From NCBI GenBank assembly GCA_002862705.1, contig PKDU01000017.1, forward strand, positions 54,894-118,893: a DNA stretch of 64,000 bases, given 5' to 3'. Below are positions 27,934 to 36,511 of this stretch, piece after piece (position 1 is the first letter of the stretch; each line of letters begins with the position of its first letter). This DNA comes from Flavobacteriaceae bacterium. Its GTDB lineage: Bacteria > Bacteroidota > Bacteroidia > Flavobacteriales > Flavobacteriaceae. The notes under the pieces are model-generated. The model worked only from the letters and a program-made list of their open reading frames with translations, made no database searches and had not been told where the DNA came from. The position numbers and the translations under genes are program-made.

Positions 27934-27941
27934 CAAATGTA
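27934..27941 (-). promoter_or_regulatory. candidate -7 box TACATTTG (valS)
   Basis: Matches TAnnTTTG on the minus strand, 20 nt upstream of the ATG at 27913. Confidence 0.35.
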
Positions 27942-27968
27942 GGCATCGAGTAGTGAAATTGAAAGCCC

Positions 27969-27976
27969 TAATTTTG
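27969..27976 (+). promoter_or_regulatory. candidate -7 box TAATTTTG (DUF1573 gene)
   Basis: Matches TAnnTTTG, 46 nt upstream of the ATG at 28023. Confidence 0.3.
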
Positions 27977-28022
27977 CACAATTGGCACGAATGCTTATTT
28001 TAGTAGAACCAAATTTATTGTC

Positions 28023-28409
28023 ATGAAGCGAATATGTATATTTTTTTTCACTGCTGCATTAGGTTTAACAGCTTATGCTCAAGACTTTGCTGTCATTACA
28101 TTTGACTCTCTTACCATTGATTACGGTACGGTTCTCAAAGGAGAAGATGGCATCCGTCAGTTTAGGTTTACCAATACGGGAACGTCTGAACTTAAGATTA
28201 CGCAAGTACGTTCTTCTTGTGGCTGTACCATTCCCAAAAAACCAGATGCACCCATTGCACCTGGCGTATCTGATATCATTGAAGTAAAATATGATACAGA
28301 GCGTGTTGGGCCCATTCGAAAAACCATCACGGTTGCTTCCAATGCTTCTGTCCCTATGGTGGCCCTTAAGATCAAAGGGGAAGTTGTAGAGCAAGAACCC
28401 GAAGAATAA
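28023..28409 (+). CDS. DUF1573 domain-containing secreted protein
   Basis: 128 aa with a signal peptide. FRFTNTG...L.I..V.SSCGCT.P is the DUF1573 hallmark. Confidence 0.8.
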   Translation: MKRICIFFFTAALGLTAYAQDFAVITFDSLTIDYGTVLKGEDGIRQFRFTNTGTSELKITQVRSSCGCTIPKKPDAPIAPGVSDIIEVKYDTERVGPIRKTITVASNASVPMVALKIKGEVVEQEPEE

Positions 28410-28459
28410 TCCTCGCATAAAACATTGATTTTTCGCATCTTTGCGGGCAAACTATTTCA

Positions 28460-29650
28460 ATGCCGATTATTTCAAAGAAAGGTGCAAACTTACCCACCTC
28501 ACCCATTCGAAAGCTAGCCAAGCAAGCCAATATGGCCAAGGCGCGTGGTATTGAAGTATTTCATCTAAACATTGGGCAACCTGATTTGGCTAGCCCCAAA
28601 AGCGCATTAGAAGCCATTCGAAATTTTTCAGATGACGTCGTTGCATACGGACCTTCTGAGGGAGCGGTTTCGTTCCGCAATAAGCTGGTTTCTTATTACC
28701 AAGAGCACGACATTGAAATTGATGCAGAAGATATTCTGGTAACCACAGGGGCTAGCGAGGCCATTATTATGGCTTTAGACTGCATCACCAACGAAGGCGA
28801 CGAGCTTATCATCCCGGAACCATTTTACGCTAACTATGAAACATTTGCAGCAGCATGCGGCGTTAAGGTTGTAGGCATTCCATCATCGTTTGAAAGTCAG
28901 TTTTCACTCCCCAATATTGAAACCATAGAAGCGGCAATAACTTCTAAGACAAGAGCACTTTTCATTTGCAACCCAAACAATCCGTCTGGTTATGTTTACA
29001 GCAAAGAGGAGCTTGAGTGTTTGGGTCAACTGGCCATAAAGCACGATATATTCTTTATTGTTGATGAGGTGTACCGTGAGTTTGTTTACGACGGTCACGA
29101 GCACATCTCCGTAATGCAGCTGGAAAATCTGTCAGCGCATGCCATACTCATTGACTCCATGTCTAAGCGATACAGCATGTGTGGCGCTAGAATAGGCTGC
29201 CTTATCACAAAGAACAAGCAAGTAACACATGCTGCGCTAAAGTTTGCCCAGTCAAGGTTATGCCCGCCCACCATTGCACTACACGCTTGTGAGGCTGCTC
29301 TTGACGAGTCGCAGCAATATTTAGATCATGCCGTCGAAGAATATGAAAAAAGAAGGACGACCGCAATTGCGCATTTAAATAAAATTGAAGGCGTATCGGT
29401 ATCCTTACCCAAAGGTGCTTTTTATTGCTTGGTCAAACTTCCCGTCACGGACAGCGACCATTTTGCTAAGTGGATGCTGGAGTCTTTCCAAGACAAGGGC
29501 GAAACGCTTATGGTAGCGCCCGCAAATGGATTTTTCTCTGGTGATTTAGCAGGTAAAGACATGATACGCATCGCATTTGTACTAAATTCAGAAAAACTAA
29601 TTCGAGCCATTACCGTTTTAAAACTTGGATTAGACGCTTATCAAAAATAA
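28460..29650 (+). CDS. pyridoxal phosphate-dependent aminotransferase (class I/II)
   Basis: 396 aa. NPNNPSG and SMSKRYSMCGARIG (PLP lysine motif). Confidence 0.88.
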   Translation: MPIISKKGANLPTSPIRKLAKQANMAKARGIEVFHLNIGQPDLASPKSALEAIRNFSDDVVAYGPSEGAVSFRNKLVSYYQEHDIEIDAEDILVTTGASEAIIMALDCITNEGDELIIPEPFYANYETFAAACGVKVVGIPSSFESQFSLPNIETIEAAITSKTRALFICNPNNPSGYVYSKEELECLGQLAIKHDIFFIVDEVYREFVYDGHEHISVMQLENLSAHAILIDSMSKRYSMCGARIGCLITKNKQVTHAALKFAQSRLCPPTIALHACEAALDESQQYLDHAVEEYEKRRTTAIAHLNKIEGVSVSLPKGAFYCLVKLPVTDSDHFAKWMLESFQDKGETLMVAPANGFFSGDLAGKDMIRIAFVLNSEKLIRAITVLKLGLDAYQK

Positions 29651-29654
29651 GCCC

Positions 29655-30671
29655 ATGAAAAAAAACGATAAGGTTTCATTAGAAGAGTTCAATACGTTTG
29701 GTGTTGCGGCATCAACACCGCTTTTTGTTGAAGTAACCTCTAGCTTGGCCTTACAAGAAAAGCTAAAAGAAGACGCCTTCAAAGATGCGCTCATTCTTGG
29801 AGGTGGAAGCAACGTCTTATTTGTAGAAAACCTTTCAAGACCCGTTATTAAAATTTCAATTCCTGGAATTCGCATCATCAACGAAAGCGAACATATGGCC
29901 ATAGTATCAGCAGGAGCAGGTGTGGTATGGCACGATTTAGTCATGTGGTGTATTGCCAATGACCTGGGAGGCATAGAAAATTTAAGCCTCATCCCTGGTC
30001 TGGTTGGTGCTGCACCCATTCAAAACATTGGCGCCTATGGCGTTGAGTTAAGCGATGTTTTTTACGATGCCGTGTGCATCAATCGCAAGACGGGAGAGTC
30101 CAGAATTTTCAGTGCTAAAGACTGTGCTTTTGGATACAGAGATTCCGCCTTCAAAAACGATTTAAAAGACGCATACGTAGTAACAGCAGTACGATTGGCC
30201 TTGACCAAAAAAAACCACCGTCTAAAAATAGACTATGGGAATGTAAAAGAAACATTAACGCAAATGGGCGTTAAGAAACCCAACATTGGAGACGTTGCAA
30301 AAGCAGTTGTTCAAATCAGAACACGTAAGTTGCCCGACCCAAAAAAATTAGGCAATGCCGGTAGTTTCTTTAAAAACCCCATTGTTGCTCAAGGGGAATC
30401 GGCACGTTTGCTTCAAAAATATCCCAATATGCCCCACTACAAAATAGACGGTGCTTTTGATAAAATTCCTGCAGGTTGGCTCATTGAACAAGCCGGTTTT
30501 AAAGGACTCAAAAAGGGTAAAGTAGGCATGCACGACAAACAAGCCTTGGTATTGGTGAATTACGGAACTTCATCTGGAAAATCGCTTTGGGCACACGCCA
30601 AATTGGTAATGGAAGGCGTTGAAAAAAAGTTTGGTATTTCACTAGAACCCGAAGTCAATCTAATACAATAA
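29655..30671 (+). CDS. murB: UDP-N-acetylmuramate dehydrogenase
   Basis: 338 aa. GGGSNVLF, GAAPIQNIGAYG, GNAGSFFKNP, PAGWLIEQAGFKG. Confidence 0.93.
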   Translation: MKKNDKVSLEEFNTFGVAASTPLFVEVTSSLALQEKLKEDAFKDALILGGGSNVLFVENLSRPVIKISIPGIRIINESEHMAIVSAGAGVVWHDLVMWCIANDLGGIENLSLIPGLVGAAPIQNIGAYGVELSDVFYDAVCINRKTGESRIFSAKDCAFGYRDSAFKNDLKDAYVVTAVRLALTKKNHRLKIDYGNVKETLTQMGVKKPNIGDVAKAVVQIRTRKLPDPKKLGNAGSFFKNPIVAQGESARLLQKYPNMPHYKIDGAFDKIPAGWLIEQAGFKGLKKGKVGMHDKQALVLVNYGTSSGKSLWAHAKLVMEGVEKKFGISLEPEVNLIQ

Positions 30672-30691
30672 TATTTTAGCTACTTTTAACC

Positions 30692-30901
30692 ATGGAACTT
30701 TTTTTAATAACCTTGATACTTTTGGGCCTTGCTTTTGCTGGTATCGCCATAAAAATATGGGCTAAAAAGGGAGGCGAATTTGCTGGAACTTGCGCAAGTC
30801 AAAGCCCCTTTCTAAATAAAGAAGGAGAAGCTTGTAGCCTTTGTGGAAAGTTGCCCAATCAGCAAACGGACTGCGCGCCTCCCGATCCAAAAAACAACTA
30901 A
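30692..30901 (+). CDS. small single-pass membrane protein with a Cys-rich tail (4 Cys, one CxxC)
   Basis: 69 aa. TM MELFLITLILLGLAFAGIAIKIW is followed by KKGGEFAGTCASQSPFLNKEGEACSLCGKLPNQQTDC. Lies 4 nt upstream of the sigma-factor GTG. Confidence 0.6.
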   Translation: MELFLITLILLGLAFAGIAIKIWAKKGGEFAGTCASQSPFLNKEGEACSLCGKLPNQQTDCAPPDPKNN

Positions 30902-30905
30902 TTCA

Positions 30906-31466
30906 GTGGCAGAAGCAACTGCGCTTATCGAAAAAATCAAGCTGGCACAAGAGGGTGATCAGCATGCGTTTCGGTATTTATTGGAGTTTTTTTGGAACGA
31001 TGTATATGGCTTTATGCTACAGCGTACCCAAAACGAAAATGAAGCCGAAGACCTGACCGTTAGGTGTTTTGGAAAGGCATTTGAGAAAATCATGACGTAT
31101 AACCAAGCCTTTGGTTTTAAAACATGGCTTACGACCATCGCTAAAAATTTACACATCGACCAAATACGAAAAAAAACGAGTACCGCCTTTACTACAGAAG
31201 CTGGTGCGGAAGTAGCACATAAAATTGCCGATAGCGCCCCCAGCCCAGAAGACGATTTGATTCGCAAACAACGTCTAGAAACACTACTAAATACCATCAA
31301 AAACTTAAAGCCCCGCTATCGAGAAGTGATCCAATTGAAGTACCTCCAAGAATTGAGCATCAAACAAATGGCTGAAAAGCTCAACAGCAGCGAGAGTACC
31401 GTTAAAGTCAAACTGATGCGTGCAAGAAAGTTACTGGCTGAAATTTTAGCAACTCAAAACAACTAA
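30906..31466 (+). CDS. RNA polymerase sigma-70 family factor, ECF-type (regions 2 and 4 only)
   Basis: Region 2 (AFRYLLEFFWNDVYGF...DLTVRCFGKAFEK...FKTWLTTIAKNLHIDQIRK) and region 4 HTH (YREVIQLKYLQELSIKQMAEKLNSSESTVKVKLMRARKLL). GTG 30906 is preferred. The track start GTG 30843 would overlap the upstream ORF by 59 nt. Confidence 0.85.
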   Translation: MAEATALIEKIKLAQEGDQHAFRYLLEFFWNDVYGFMLQRTQNENEAEDLTVRCFGKAFEKIMTYNQAFGFKTWLTTIAKNLHIDQIRKKTSTAFTTEAGAEVAHKIADSAPSPEDDLIRKQRLETLLNTIKNLKPRYREVIQLKYLQELSIKQMAEKLNSSESTVKVKLMRARKLLAEILATQNN

Positions 31467-31467
31467 G

Positions 31468-32682
31468 GTGGTTTCAATCTTTAAAAAGCTAGGCCCTGGA
31501 TTGCTTTTTGCTGGTGCTGCCATTGGCGTGTCGCATCTGGTACAATCCACCAGAGCAGGTGCTGATTTTGGGTATGGCCTGATTTGGGCATTGCTGTTAG
31601 TCAACATCATCAAATACCCATTCTTCCAATTTGGACCCCGCTACGCGATGGCCACAGGTGAGAGCCTTTTAGAAGGCTATAAACGCTTGGGGAAAGGAAT
31701 TCTGGCAGTCTACTATATTCTAAATTTAGGAACCATGTTCACCATTCAAGCAGCTGTAACAGCCGTAACGGCTGGCATAGCTGCAAGGCTTTTGGGCGTA
31801 GATGCCAATATGTGGGTATCCGTTATTATCGCGCTTTTTTGCTTTGCTGTATTATGGCGCGGTCGCTATGGTTGGCTAGACAAAAGCATGAAAATTATTG
31901 TATTGGTTTTAAGCATCAGCACCTTGGTGGCCGTGCTATTTGCTTTGGGTCAAAACACAGATGTTCCCATCGTACAACGCCTGCCTGAAAACACGATGGA
32001 GTGGACATTTCTTATCGCCTTTATGGGATGGATGCCGGGACCCATGGACATTTCGGTTTGGCATTCGGTTTGGGCAATAGAAAAGAAAAAAATAAACCCA
32101 TCAGCGAGTTTAGCGTCTTCACTCTTTGATTTTAATATCGGCTATTTGGTTACGCTTGTTTTGGGGCTGTGTTTTATTGTGCTCGGTGCAACTGTGATGT
32201 ATGGCACAGGCGTTTCTTTCTCACCAAACGGTGCTTCGTTTGCAGGTCAGCTGATTGGACTTTACACATCGCTTATGGGCAGTGGCTGGTTTGTGGTTAT
32301 TGCCTTGGCGGCCCTTACCACTATGGTCAGCACCACGCTCACCACACTAGATGCTTCACCGAGAGTAATGGCGCATACATCAAAGCTGTTAAGGCTCCCT
32401 ATTTTACAAAAACAACAAAGCTGGTTGGTGATTTTAACCCTCGGTACTTGTTTGATTTTTGTGTTCTTAGCGTCGGAAATGGGGCTATTGGTTAAAATTG
32501 CCACCGTGCTGTCATTTATAACAGCGCCTTTCTATGCAGCCTTAAATTTGCGGCTGGTAACCAGTAAACATATCCCTTTAAAACACCAACCAAAAAAGTG
32601 GCTCCAAGTAGCTAGTGTGTTGGGTATTTTGTTTCTTATGGGTTTTAGTTGCGTTTACTTGTTCGTAATTTTTTATTCGTGA
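31468..32682 (+). CDS. NRAMP-fold transporter with a non-canonical TM1 site
   Basis: 404 aa, about 11 TM. GPGLLFAGAAIGVSHLVQSTRAGADFGYGLIW aligns without gaps to the E. coli MntH [32 protein letters not shown] recalled from memory. GTG start lies 1 nt after the sigma stop. Confidence 0.75.
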   Translation: MVSIFKKLGPGLLFAGAAIGVSHLVQSTRAGADFGYGLIWALLLVNIIKYPFFQFGPRYAMATGESLLEGYKRLGKGILAVYYILNLGTMFTIQAAVTAVTAGIAARLLGVDANMWVSVIIALFCFAVLWRGRYGWLDKSMKIIVLVLSISTLVAVLFALGQNTDVPIVQRLPENTMEWTFLIAFMGWMPGPMDISVWHSVWAIEKKKINPSASLASSLFDFNIGYLVTLVLGLCFIVLGATVMYGTGVSFSPNGASFAGQLIGLYTSLMGSGWFVVIALAALTTMVSTTLTTLDASPRVMAHTSKLLRLPILQKQQSWLVILTLGTCLIFVFLASEMGLLVKIATVLSFITAPFYAALNLRLVTSKHIPLKHQPKKWLQVASVLGILFLMGFSCVYLFVIFYS

Positions 32683-32692
32683 AACTGTTTCG

Positions 32693-32700
32693 TAATTTTG
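32693..32700 (+). promoter_or_regulatory. candidate -7 box TAATTTTG (lipA)
   Basis: Matches TAnnTTTG, 16 nt upstream of the ATG at 32717. Confidence 0.35.
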
Positions 32701-32716
32701 TAAGCTAAATTGCTAT

Positions 32717-33592
32717 ATGTCAGAAACTACCACCAAACAAGCGCCCGTAAGAGCTCCCAAGCCAAAATGGTTAAGAGTTAAACTTCCTACAGGTAAGAAA
32801 TACACGGAATTACGCGGACTGGTAGACAAATACGAGCTGCATACCATTTGTACTTCCGGCAGTTGCCCCAATATGGGCGAGTGCTGGGGCGAGGGTACAG
32901 CGACATTTATGATTTTAGGAAACATCTGTACACGTTCATGCGGATTTTGTGGCGTTCAAACAGGAAGACCCGATACTGTGGATTGGGCAGAGCCAGAAAA
33001 AGTAGCACGCTCCATCAAGATTATGAGCATCAAGCATGCTGTTATTACATCTGTTGACCGTGACGATTTGCCAGACCAAGGTACCATCATTTGGACCGAA
33101 ACCGTAAAGGCCATTCGCAGAATGAACCCCAACACCACCCTTGAAACCTTAATCCCCGATTTTCAGGGCAGAGAAGATTTATTGGATCGTATTGTTGAAG
33201 TTGCCCCCGAAGTGGTATCACACAATATGGAAACTGTGCGTCGGCTTACGCGCGAAGTGCGTATTCAGGCAAAATACGACAGAAGCCTAGAAGCACTCAA
33301 ATACCTCAAAGAGCAGGGCGTCCACCGCACAAAATCTGGATTGATGCTAGGTCTTGGCGAAACGGAAGAAGAGGTTATTGCCTCAATGGAAGATTTACGC
33401 GAGGCCAAAGTAGACATCATTACCCTTGGGCAGTATTTGCAACCGTCTAAAAAACACCTGCCTGTTGCTGATTTTATCACACCAGAGCAATTCAAAAAAT
33501 ACGAGGTATTGGGCAAAGAAATGGGCTTCCGCCATGTGGAAAGTGGGGCACTCGTACGCTCTTCCTACAAAGCGCACAAGCACATTCAATAA
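32717..33592 (+). CDS. lipA: lipoyl synthase
   Basis: 291 aa. [13 protein letters not shown] auxiliary cluster and the [10 protein letters not shown] radical-SAM CxxxCxxC. Confidence 0.96.
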   Translation: MSETTTKQAPVRAPKPKWLRVKLPTGKKYTELRGLVDKYELHTICTSGSCPNMGECWGEGTATFMILGNICTRSCGFCGVQTGRPDTVDWAEPEKVARSIKIMSIKHAVITSVDRDDLPDQGTIIWTETVKAIRRMNPNTTLETLIPDFQGREDLLDRIVEVAPEVVSHNMETVRRLTREVRIQAKYDRSLEALKYLKEQGVHRTKSGLMLGLGETEEEVIASMEDLREAKVDIITLGQYLQPSKKHLPVADFITPEQFKKYEVLGKEMGFRHVESGALVRSSYKAHKHIQ

Positions 33593-34597
33593 TTAATTGT
33601 CAATTGCCGATTGGACCAAGTCTAGAAAGGCTTGTTCGTTGTCCAAGAACCTTACCCCAACTCCGATGGTATGGTACTCCTTAAGCGCAAAAGTAGCCAA
33701 GCGTACGGCGTCTTTTTCGGTTGTTAAAATGGGCTGCTGCATCGCTTTAAGGGAAGCAATTTCTTTTTTGCTAAAATCGTGATGGTCTGGATAAGACAAA
33801 TGCGTAAAGTCAGCACCTTGATCTTTTAAGAAATCAACCAAAGGTTTTGGATTGGCAATTCCGGTGATAAGCACAAAAGTATTCTTGACAAATTCTTTTA
33901 ATGGCAATGTGCTTGAGCCACGCACATGGGTTTCATATGCAAGTGTCGTAAAGAACAACGCTTGATGGGGCAATAGACCCAAGCGTACCCTAAACGCTGT
34001 GCTGCTTTCTGCATCAATGGTATTTGGGCATTTGGTAACAACTACAATATCGGCATCGCTTGCTGCGGACGACGGCTCTCTGAGGTTACCAACAGGGAGT
34101 AAGGCATCGTCAAACCAAGGTTTTTGGAAGCTAGTCAGCACTATTTTAAAACGAGGATGCAGGGCTAAATGCTGTAAGGCGTCATCTAAAAAAATGGCTT
34201 CTAGCCTGGGGTTTTGCTGAAGCATTTGAACAATCCCCTTGGGTCGGTTTTCACAAACAGCCGTAAATACTGCTGGATGCTTTTGTGCCAACATGAGGGG
34301 TTCATCTCCCACCCCAGACGAAGGGGCATTGGCGTGGACTGTTAAAAATCCTTTGGACTTACGCCCATACCCACGGCTTAACACACCCAATTCTTTTTTT
34401 TGGGAAAAATGGCGCAACAGAAAGTCGATCATAGGCGTTTTTCCAGTGCCTCCAGTAGCAAGGTTTCCAACCACAATTGTAGGAATGGGTGCCACATAGC
34501 GTGAAATAACACCCTTAGCATAGAGCTTTTTACGAAGCAAAACGGCTCCGGCAAATAAAATTTGAAAGGGAAACAATGCTTTTCTCCAAATTGCCAT
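33593..34597 (-). CDS. lpxK: tetraacyldisaccharide 4'-kinase
   Basis: 334 aa. P-loop VGNLATGGTGKTP and LSRGYGRKSKG. Confidence 0.9.
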   Translation of the reverse strand: MAIWRKALFPFQILFAGAVLLRKKLYAKGVISRYVAPIPTIVVGNLATGGTGKTPMIDFLLRHFSQKKELGVLSRGYGRKSKGFLTVHANAPSSGVGDEPLMLAQKHPAVFTAVCENRPKGIVQMLQQNPRLEAIFLDDALQHLALHPRFKIVLTSFQKPWFDDALLPVGNLREPSSAASDADIVVVTKCPNTIDAESSTAFRVRLGLLPHQALFFTTLAYETHVRGSSTLPLKEFVKNTFVLITGIANPKPLVDFLKDQGADFTHLSYPDHHDFSKKEIASLKAMQQPILTTEKDAVRLATFALKEYHTIGVGVRFLDNEQAFLDLVQSAIDN

Positions 34598-34602
34598 AAA
34601 AA

Positions 34603-34610
34603 CAAAAGTA
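34603..34610 (-). promoter_or_regulatory. candidate -7 box TACTTTTG, 5 nt before the lpxK ATG
   Basis: Matches TAnnTTTG on the minus strand inside the 33-bp divergent spacer. Confidence 0.4.
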
Positions 34611-34617
34611 GAACTTT

Positions 34618-34625
34618 TATCTTTG
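34618..34625 (+). promoter_or_regulatory. candidate -7 box TATCTTTG, 5 nt before the Nif3-like ATG
   Basis: Matches TAnnTTTG inside the 33-bp divergent spacer. Confidence 0.4.
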
Positions 34626-34630
34626 GAACT

Positions 34631-35725
34631 ATGACAGTACGCGAAATAACATCTTGTTTAGAAACATGGGCACCACTAGCTTATGCCGAAGACTTTGATA
34701 ATGTAGGGCTTCTGGTGGGCAGCCACGCACAAAAAGTTAAAAAGGTACTCATAGCGCACGATGCCCTGGAAGAGGTGATTGATGAGGCCATTGCCGAAAA
34801 ATGTGAACTCGTGGTTTGCTTCCACCCTATTATTTTTAAGGGGTTAAAAAAACTGACCGATTCGTCCTATGTTTCTAGAGCAGTAACCAAAGCCATTAAG
34901 CACGATATAGCCATTTATGCCATTCACACCGCCCTTGACGTACAACGCGATGGCGTTAACGCTGGTTTGGCCAACGCATTGGAGTTGAGGGACAGAACCG
35001 TCATTCAGCCTGCTAAAGGAACCATACAAAAACTCAATACTTATGTACCCAACCCACAACTAGAGTCGGTGCAAAAAGCTTTATTTGCAGCAGGTGCCGG
35101 CGCAATGGGCCATTATGACGAATTTAGCTTTACCGTAGTGGGGGAGGGTGGTTTTAAGCCACTTGAAGGGAGTAAGCCCTTTGTTGGCACAAGCGGATCG
35201 CGCCACACGGCAGCAGAAATACAATTGCAAATGATCTTTCCCAAGCACCTCCACAGCAAGGTCATTGTTGCGTTGTTGGACGCCCACCCTTATGAAACTG
35301 TCGCTTATGAAATTACAACATTGGAAAACAGCAGGTCTGATTTGGGCATGGGTTGTATTGGAGCGCTACCTAAGGGCATGCAAGAACCCGATTTTTTGAA
35401 AAAGCTAAAAGATATTTTAGGCACGCCGTTCTTTAGACACAGTGCGCTGCTAGGCAAAGACATCAAGCGTGTGGCCATACTGGGAGGTTCAGGCAGCTTT
35501 GCCATTGAAAGTGCCATGGCTCAGGGCGCTGATGCATACATTACTGCAGACCTTAAATACCACGATTTTTTTAGGGCTGAAGAAAGCTGTTTGCTTGTTG
35601 ATGTTGGACACTATGAAAGTGAGCAATTCACCAAAATAACAATTATGAAGCATCTTAACGAAAATTTCCCTAATTTTGCGTTCATTTCATCAAAAACGGA
35701 TACCAATCCTGTTCATTACTTCTAA
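34631..35725 (+). CDS. Nif3-like dinuclear metal centre protein
   Basis: MTVREITSCLETWAPLAYAEDFDNVGLLVG...FHPIIFKGLKK...TADLKYHDF is the NIF3/YqfO family pattern. ATG 34631 is preferred over 34562. Confidence 0.88.
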   Translation: MTVREITSCLETWAPLAYAEDFDNVGLLVGSHAQKVKKVLIAHDALEEVIDEAIAEKCELVVCFHPIIFKGLKKLTDSSYVSRAVTKAIKHDIAIYAIHTALDVQRDGVNAGLANALELRDRTVIQPAKGTIQKLNTYVPNPQLESVQKALFAAGAGAMGHYDEFSFTVVGEGGFKPLEGSKPFVGTSGSRHTAAEIQLQMIFPKHLHSKVIVALLDAHPYETVAYEITTLENSRSDLGMGCIGALPKGMQEPDFLKKLKDILGTPFFRHSALLGKDIKRVAILGGSGSFAIESAMAQGADAYITADLKYHDFFRAEESCLLVDVGHYESEQFTKITIMKHLNENFPNFAFISSKTDTNPVHYF

Positions 35726-35728
35726 ACT

Positions 35729-36511
35729 ATGGCAAAAAAGAAAGTTGAAACAACTATCGAAGAAAAACTACGAGCACTATACAACCTACAACTGGTTGAT
35801 ACACGCATAGACGAAATACGAAACGTACGCGGTGAGTTACCGCTAGAGGTAGAAGATTTGGAGGCAGAGGTTGCAGGTCTGGACAAAAGACTAAGCAACC
35901 TAGGCATTGAGGTTACTGCTTATGAAGACGAAATCAAAGCCAAAAAACTAGGTATTGAAACTTCAAAAGAGCTCATCAAAAAATACAACGAACAACAAAA
36001 AAATGTTCGCAACAACCGTGCATACGAGTCGTTGACAAAAGAAATTGAGTACCAAGAGCTTGAAATTCAATTAGCTGAAAAGCAAATCAACCAGCTAAAA
36101 GCTTTGATTGAACAAAAGAACGAGTCTGTTACGGAAACAACAACCAAACTAGACGAACGCAAAAACCACCTTCAGCATAAAAAAGATGAGCTTGACGCCA
36201 TCCTTGCGGAAACGCAAAAGGAAGAAAAGTTGCTACTCAAGAAATCTGAAGCATACGAAAAGATGGCTGACGAAAGACTTGTAAATGCTTACCAGCGCAT
36301 TCGTGCATCTGTTAAAAATGGTCTAGCGATTGTTTCTGTTGACCGTGGTGCATCGGGTGGCTCATTCTTTACCATTCCACCACAGGTCCAAATGGAAATT
36401 GCAACACGCAAAAAAATCATCACTGACGAGCACAGTGGTCGTATTTTGGTAGATAAAGAACTTGCCGAAGAGCAAGAAACCTATATGCAAGGCGTTATCG
36501 CTTCTATCTAA
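35729..36511 (+). CDS. coiled-coil protein of the DUF164/COG1579 type (usual Nif3 partner)
   Basis: 260 aa, long heptad-rich region. YESLTKEIEYQELEI matches the family, and it is positioned after the Nif3-like gene. No C-terminal Cys pairs are visible. Confidence 0.55.
   Translation: MAKKKVETTIEEKLRALYNLQLVDTRIDEIRNVRGELPLEVEDLEAEVAGLDKRLSNLGIEVTAYEDEIKAKKLGIETSKELIKKYNEQQKNVRNNRAYESLTKEIEYQELEIQLAEKQINQLKALIEQKNESVTETTTKLDERKNHLQHKKDELDAILAETQKEEKLLLKKSEAYEKMADERLVNAYQRIRASVKNGLAIVSVDRGASGGSFFTIPPQVQMEIATRKKIITDEHSGRILVDKELAEEQETYMQGVIASI

Noticed and set aside
30843-30905. Longer sigma-factor ORF starting at GTG 30843 (MESCPISKRTARLPIQKTTNS...).
   Set aside because: It would overlap the upstream Cys-rich ORF by 59 nt in another frame, and the extension has no sigma-like sequence. 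GTG 30906, just after the upstream stop, gives a normal region-2 N-terminus.
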